Source of the DNA: an uncultured Gemmatimonadaceae bacterium
GTDB lineage: Bacteria > Gemmatimonadota > Gemmatimonadetes > Gemmatimonadales > Gemmatimonadaceae
Length of the DNA stretch: 64,000 nucleotides
Reading direction: 5' to 3'
Assembly: GCA_963781585.1 (NCBI GenBank)
Contig: CAWAGQ010000004.1
Span: forward strand, 384,001-448,000
Part shown: positions 62,125 through 64,000 of the stretch, piece by piece
Position numbering within the stretch: position 1 is the first letter of the stretch
Layout of the letters: every line of letters starts with the position of its first letter
Translations under genes and position numbers: made by a program
The notes under the pieces: generated by a model
What the model was told of the DNA's origin: nothing
The model's database searches: none
What the model saw: the letters and a program-made list of their open reading frames with translations, nothing else

Positions 62125-62952
62125 ATGCCCAACATCGGTTCCATGCACCCCTACGTGGTGCACGCTGTCATCGGATTCCTCATCGCCGGCATCATCTTCC
62201 GCCTCGCCTCGCTGGTCCCGCGCTGGAGTGCCCTGAATTATGCCGCGGCGTCGCTCCTGATCGTCGGGGCCGGCACCGCCGTCGTCGCGGTCCGGTCGGG
62301 AAGCGACGCCCACGGTCCCGTGGAACGGGTGCCGGGCGCGCGACAGGCCGTGCAGGACCACGAGGAATGGGGGAACCGCACCCGCAACCTCTTCCTCGTC
62401 ATCGCCGCCGTCGAGCTGGCTGCCCTGGCGCTTCCCTCGCGTCGCCGGCTCATTCACTATGCGTCTGCCACGTTAGGCATCGTCGGCCTCGGATTCATCT
62501 TCGAGACCGGCGACCTCGGCGGCGACCTCGTCTACTCCTACGCCGGAGGCATCGGAATCCGGACGGGCGATCCCGCGGACGTGGATCGGCTGCTGCTGGC
62601 CGGCCTCTACCAGGAGGCAATGAAGGACCGCCGCGAGAACCGTCCCGCCGACGCGGCACGCCTCATCGACGAAATGGGACGCCGCTTCCCGGACGCCGTC
62701 GACGTGGCGCTCCTCCGCGCCGAATCGCTGCTGCGCGATCAGCACGATCCCGTCGCCGCGCTGGCGGCGCTCGACTCCATGCAGCACCTCGCCGCCGACC
62801 CGCGCACACGCCGCAGCATCGCGCTCACGCGCGTCTACGCCCTGCTCGGCGCCGGACGCACCGACACCGCACGCATGGTCGTCGAGCGGCTCGCCGCCGA
62901 GAATCCCAACGTGGCTCGCTACAAGGCGCTCCTGGACTCCATCCCGAAGTGA
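62125..62952 (+). CDS. DUF2231-like membrane protein with TPR-like C-terminus
   Basis: HP.VVH..I, H...G, G.LGG.LVY..G.G and four TMs, then a helical domain. Confidence 0.72.
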   Translation: MPNIGSMHPYVVHAVIGFLIAGIIFRLASLVPRWSALNYAAASLLIVGAGTAVVAVRSGSDAHGPVERVPGARQAVQDHEEWGNRTRNLFLVIAAVELAALALPSRRRLIHYASATLGIVGLGFIFETGDLGGDLVYSYAGGIGIRTGDPADVDRLLLAGLYQEAMKDRRENRPADAARLIDEMGRRFPDAVDVALLRAESLLRDQHDPVAALAALDSMQHLAADPRTRRSIALTRVYALLGAGRTDTARMVVERLAAENPNVARYKALLDSIPK

Positions 62953-63098
62953 CGGTGTCCTCCTCCGGGTGGGTGGCTTGCGGCATGTGTGGCGCCCGCC
63001 GGGGTCCGGGGAGCGCGCCGCTGTCGCGGTACCGCAACGCCGCGATTACTTCGTCCTCCCAGGTGCCGTGATGTCAAGCATTTGGCCTCGGCAACCAA

Positions 63099-63115
63099 CT
63101 GGCATGCACCCTGCG
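63099..63115 (+). promoter_or_regulatory. Putative sigma54 promoter upstream of the lspA-like gene
   Basis: CTGGCATGCACCCTGCG: TGGCA, GG-N10-GC. Confidence 0.45.
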
Positions 63116-63233
63116 TTGAACCACAATCCAAGGGGAGGCTTTCGACGCATCCTCGCTGGCACCTCAGCGATCCGGATGACGACGGCCTCCCCTTGCCACT
63201 CCAGTCAAAGGCGCTCCTCCAGCCCGTGCCCGA

Positions 63234-63992
63234 GTGACCGATCGCAATAGACATTCCGCTGTGCTGCTCCGCATCGCGCTGCTCGTCGCGGTCGGCGACT
63301 ACATCACCAAGGACGCCGCCGTGCGCTGGGTGTCGCGCGAGCCGTCGGTGTGGAGCACCTGGGTGCGTTTCGCCGTGGTGCACAACCAGGGCGCGGTGTT
63401 CGGCCTGTCCCTCGGCGCGTATACCTGGCAGCTGAACCTGATCCTCACGCTCGCGGCGATCGGGCTCGTCATCCCGGTCAGTCGCGACCTGGCGCGGGTA
63501 GACCGCGGAGCGCCGATTGCGCTCGGACTCATCGTGGGCGGCGCACTCGGCAACCTGGCGAGCCTCCTGCTCTCGCCGAGAGGCGTCATCGACTTCATTG
63601 CCGTCAGTGTGGGACCGACGTCGGAAATCGTGCTCAACGTTGCCGACGTGGCGGCCTACGTCGGCCTTGCCCTGGTCATCCGCACGGCGTTCCTGATCGT
63701 GGCGGCAATCCGGCGAGACGCGCAACCGGCTGTCCGCACATTCCGGCGGGCCGGACTGCCCTCGGTGGTCGGTGTCGACTTGTCGGAGCACGAAGTGCTG
63801 CGCGCCGTGTATCGCGAGCCCGTGGCAGGCGACGTGGCACCACGCGGGGCGGATCTTCCGGGAGATGCCCCGGTCGCTGTCCTCGGCCCCGAGATGGGAA
63901 CGCCGCGCGTGCTCGAGTTTCCGCTTTCGCGTCGCGACGCCGCGGACCGGGAGGTCGAAGAGGTCCGTGCCGCGAGGGATCCGCTGCCCTGA
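63234..63992 (+). CDS. Signal peptidase II (LspA)-like protein, divergent, with C-terminal extension
   Basis: D..TK, N.GA.FG, GGALGN, VIDF, NVAD. Confidence 0.8.
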   Translation: MTDRNRHSAVLLRIALLVAVGDYITKDAAVRWVSREPSVWSTWVRFAVVHNQGAVFGLSLGAYTWQLNLILTLAAIGLVIPVSRDLARVDRGAPIALGLIVGGALGNLASLLLSPRGVIDFIAVSVGPTSEIVLNVADVAAYVGLALVIRTAFLIVAAIRRDAQPAVRTFRRAGLPSVVGVDLSEHEVLRAVYREPVAGDVAPRGADLPGDAPVAVLGPEMGTPRVLEFPLSRRDAADREVEEVRAARDPLP

Positions 63993-64000
63993 TGCGACGG

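Overview
High-GC bacterial chromosomal window, probably Gemmatimonadota (inferred from gene repertoire and order, not from a search). Bases 1-52,830 are mostly + strand housekeeping operons. The first group is ftsY-recG, asnS, mazG, alr-deoB-cdd-eutN-like-lipoprotein-beta barrel-kinase-mtaB-miaB, comFB-comEC, fbp, a split methylmalonyl-CoA mutase, argS, purM and ribD-E-BA-H-nusB. The second is hprK with a complete mannose-class PTS, metK, a cobalamin riboswitch with btuFCD-btuB, recO-selB, a stand-alone T9SS/FlgD-type domain, clpB, tadA and two tRNA-Ser genes. Bases 52,850-64,000 look more accessory: desaturase, fasciclin, CarH-like MerR regulator, Ser/Thr kinase, an intact IS3-family element with a 4-bp target duplication, a large Ig-like lipoprotein and an LspA paralog. 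The strongest unexplained signal is a non-palindromic motif, (C)GTTAGG(C/T). I counted 25 copies by eye on both strands, 22 of them inside genes, where they coincide with otherwise disfavoured TTA/CTA/CCT codons. It is a candidate DNA-uptake, Chi-like or protein-binding genome signal. Other highlights are an orphan microcompartment vertex gene coupled to nucleoside-catabolism genes, a passenger-less secretion-signal domain with its own promoter, and a heptamer array inside the 5' end of deoB. All product calls come from motif recognition in the translations; no database search was run.
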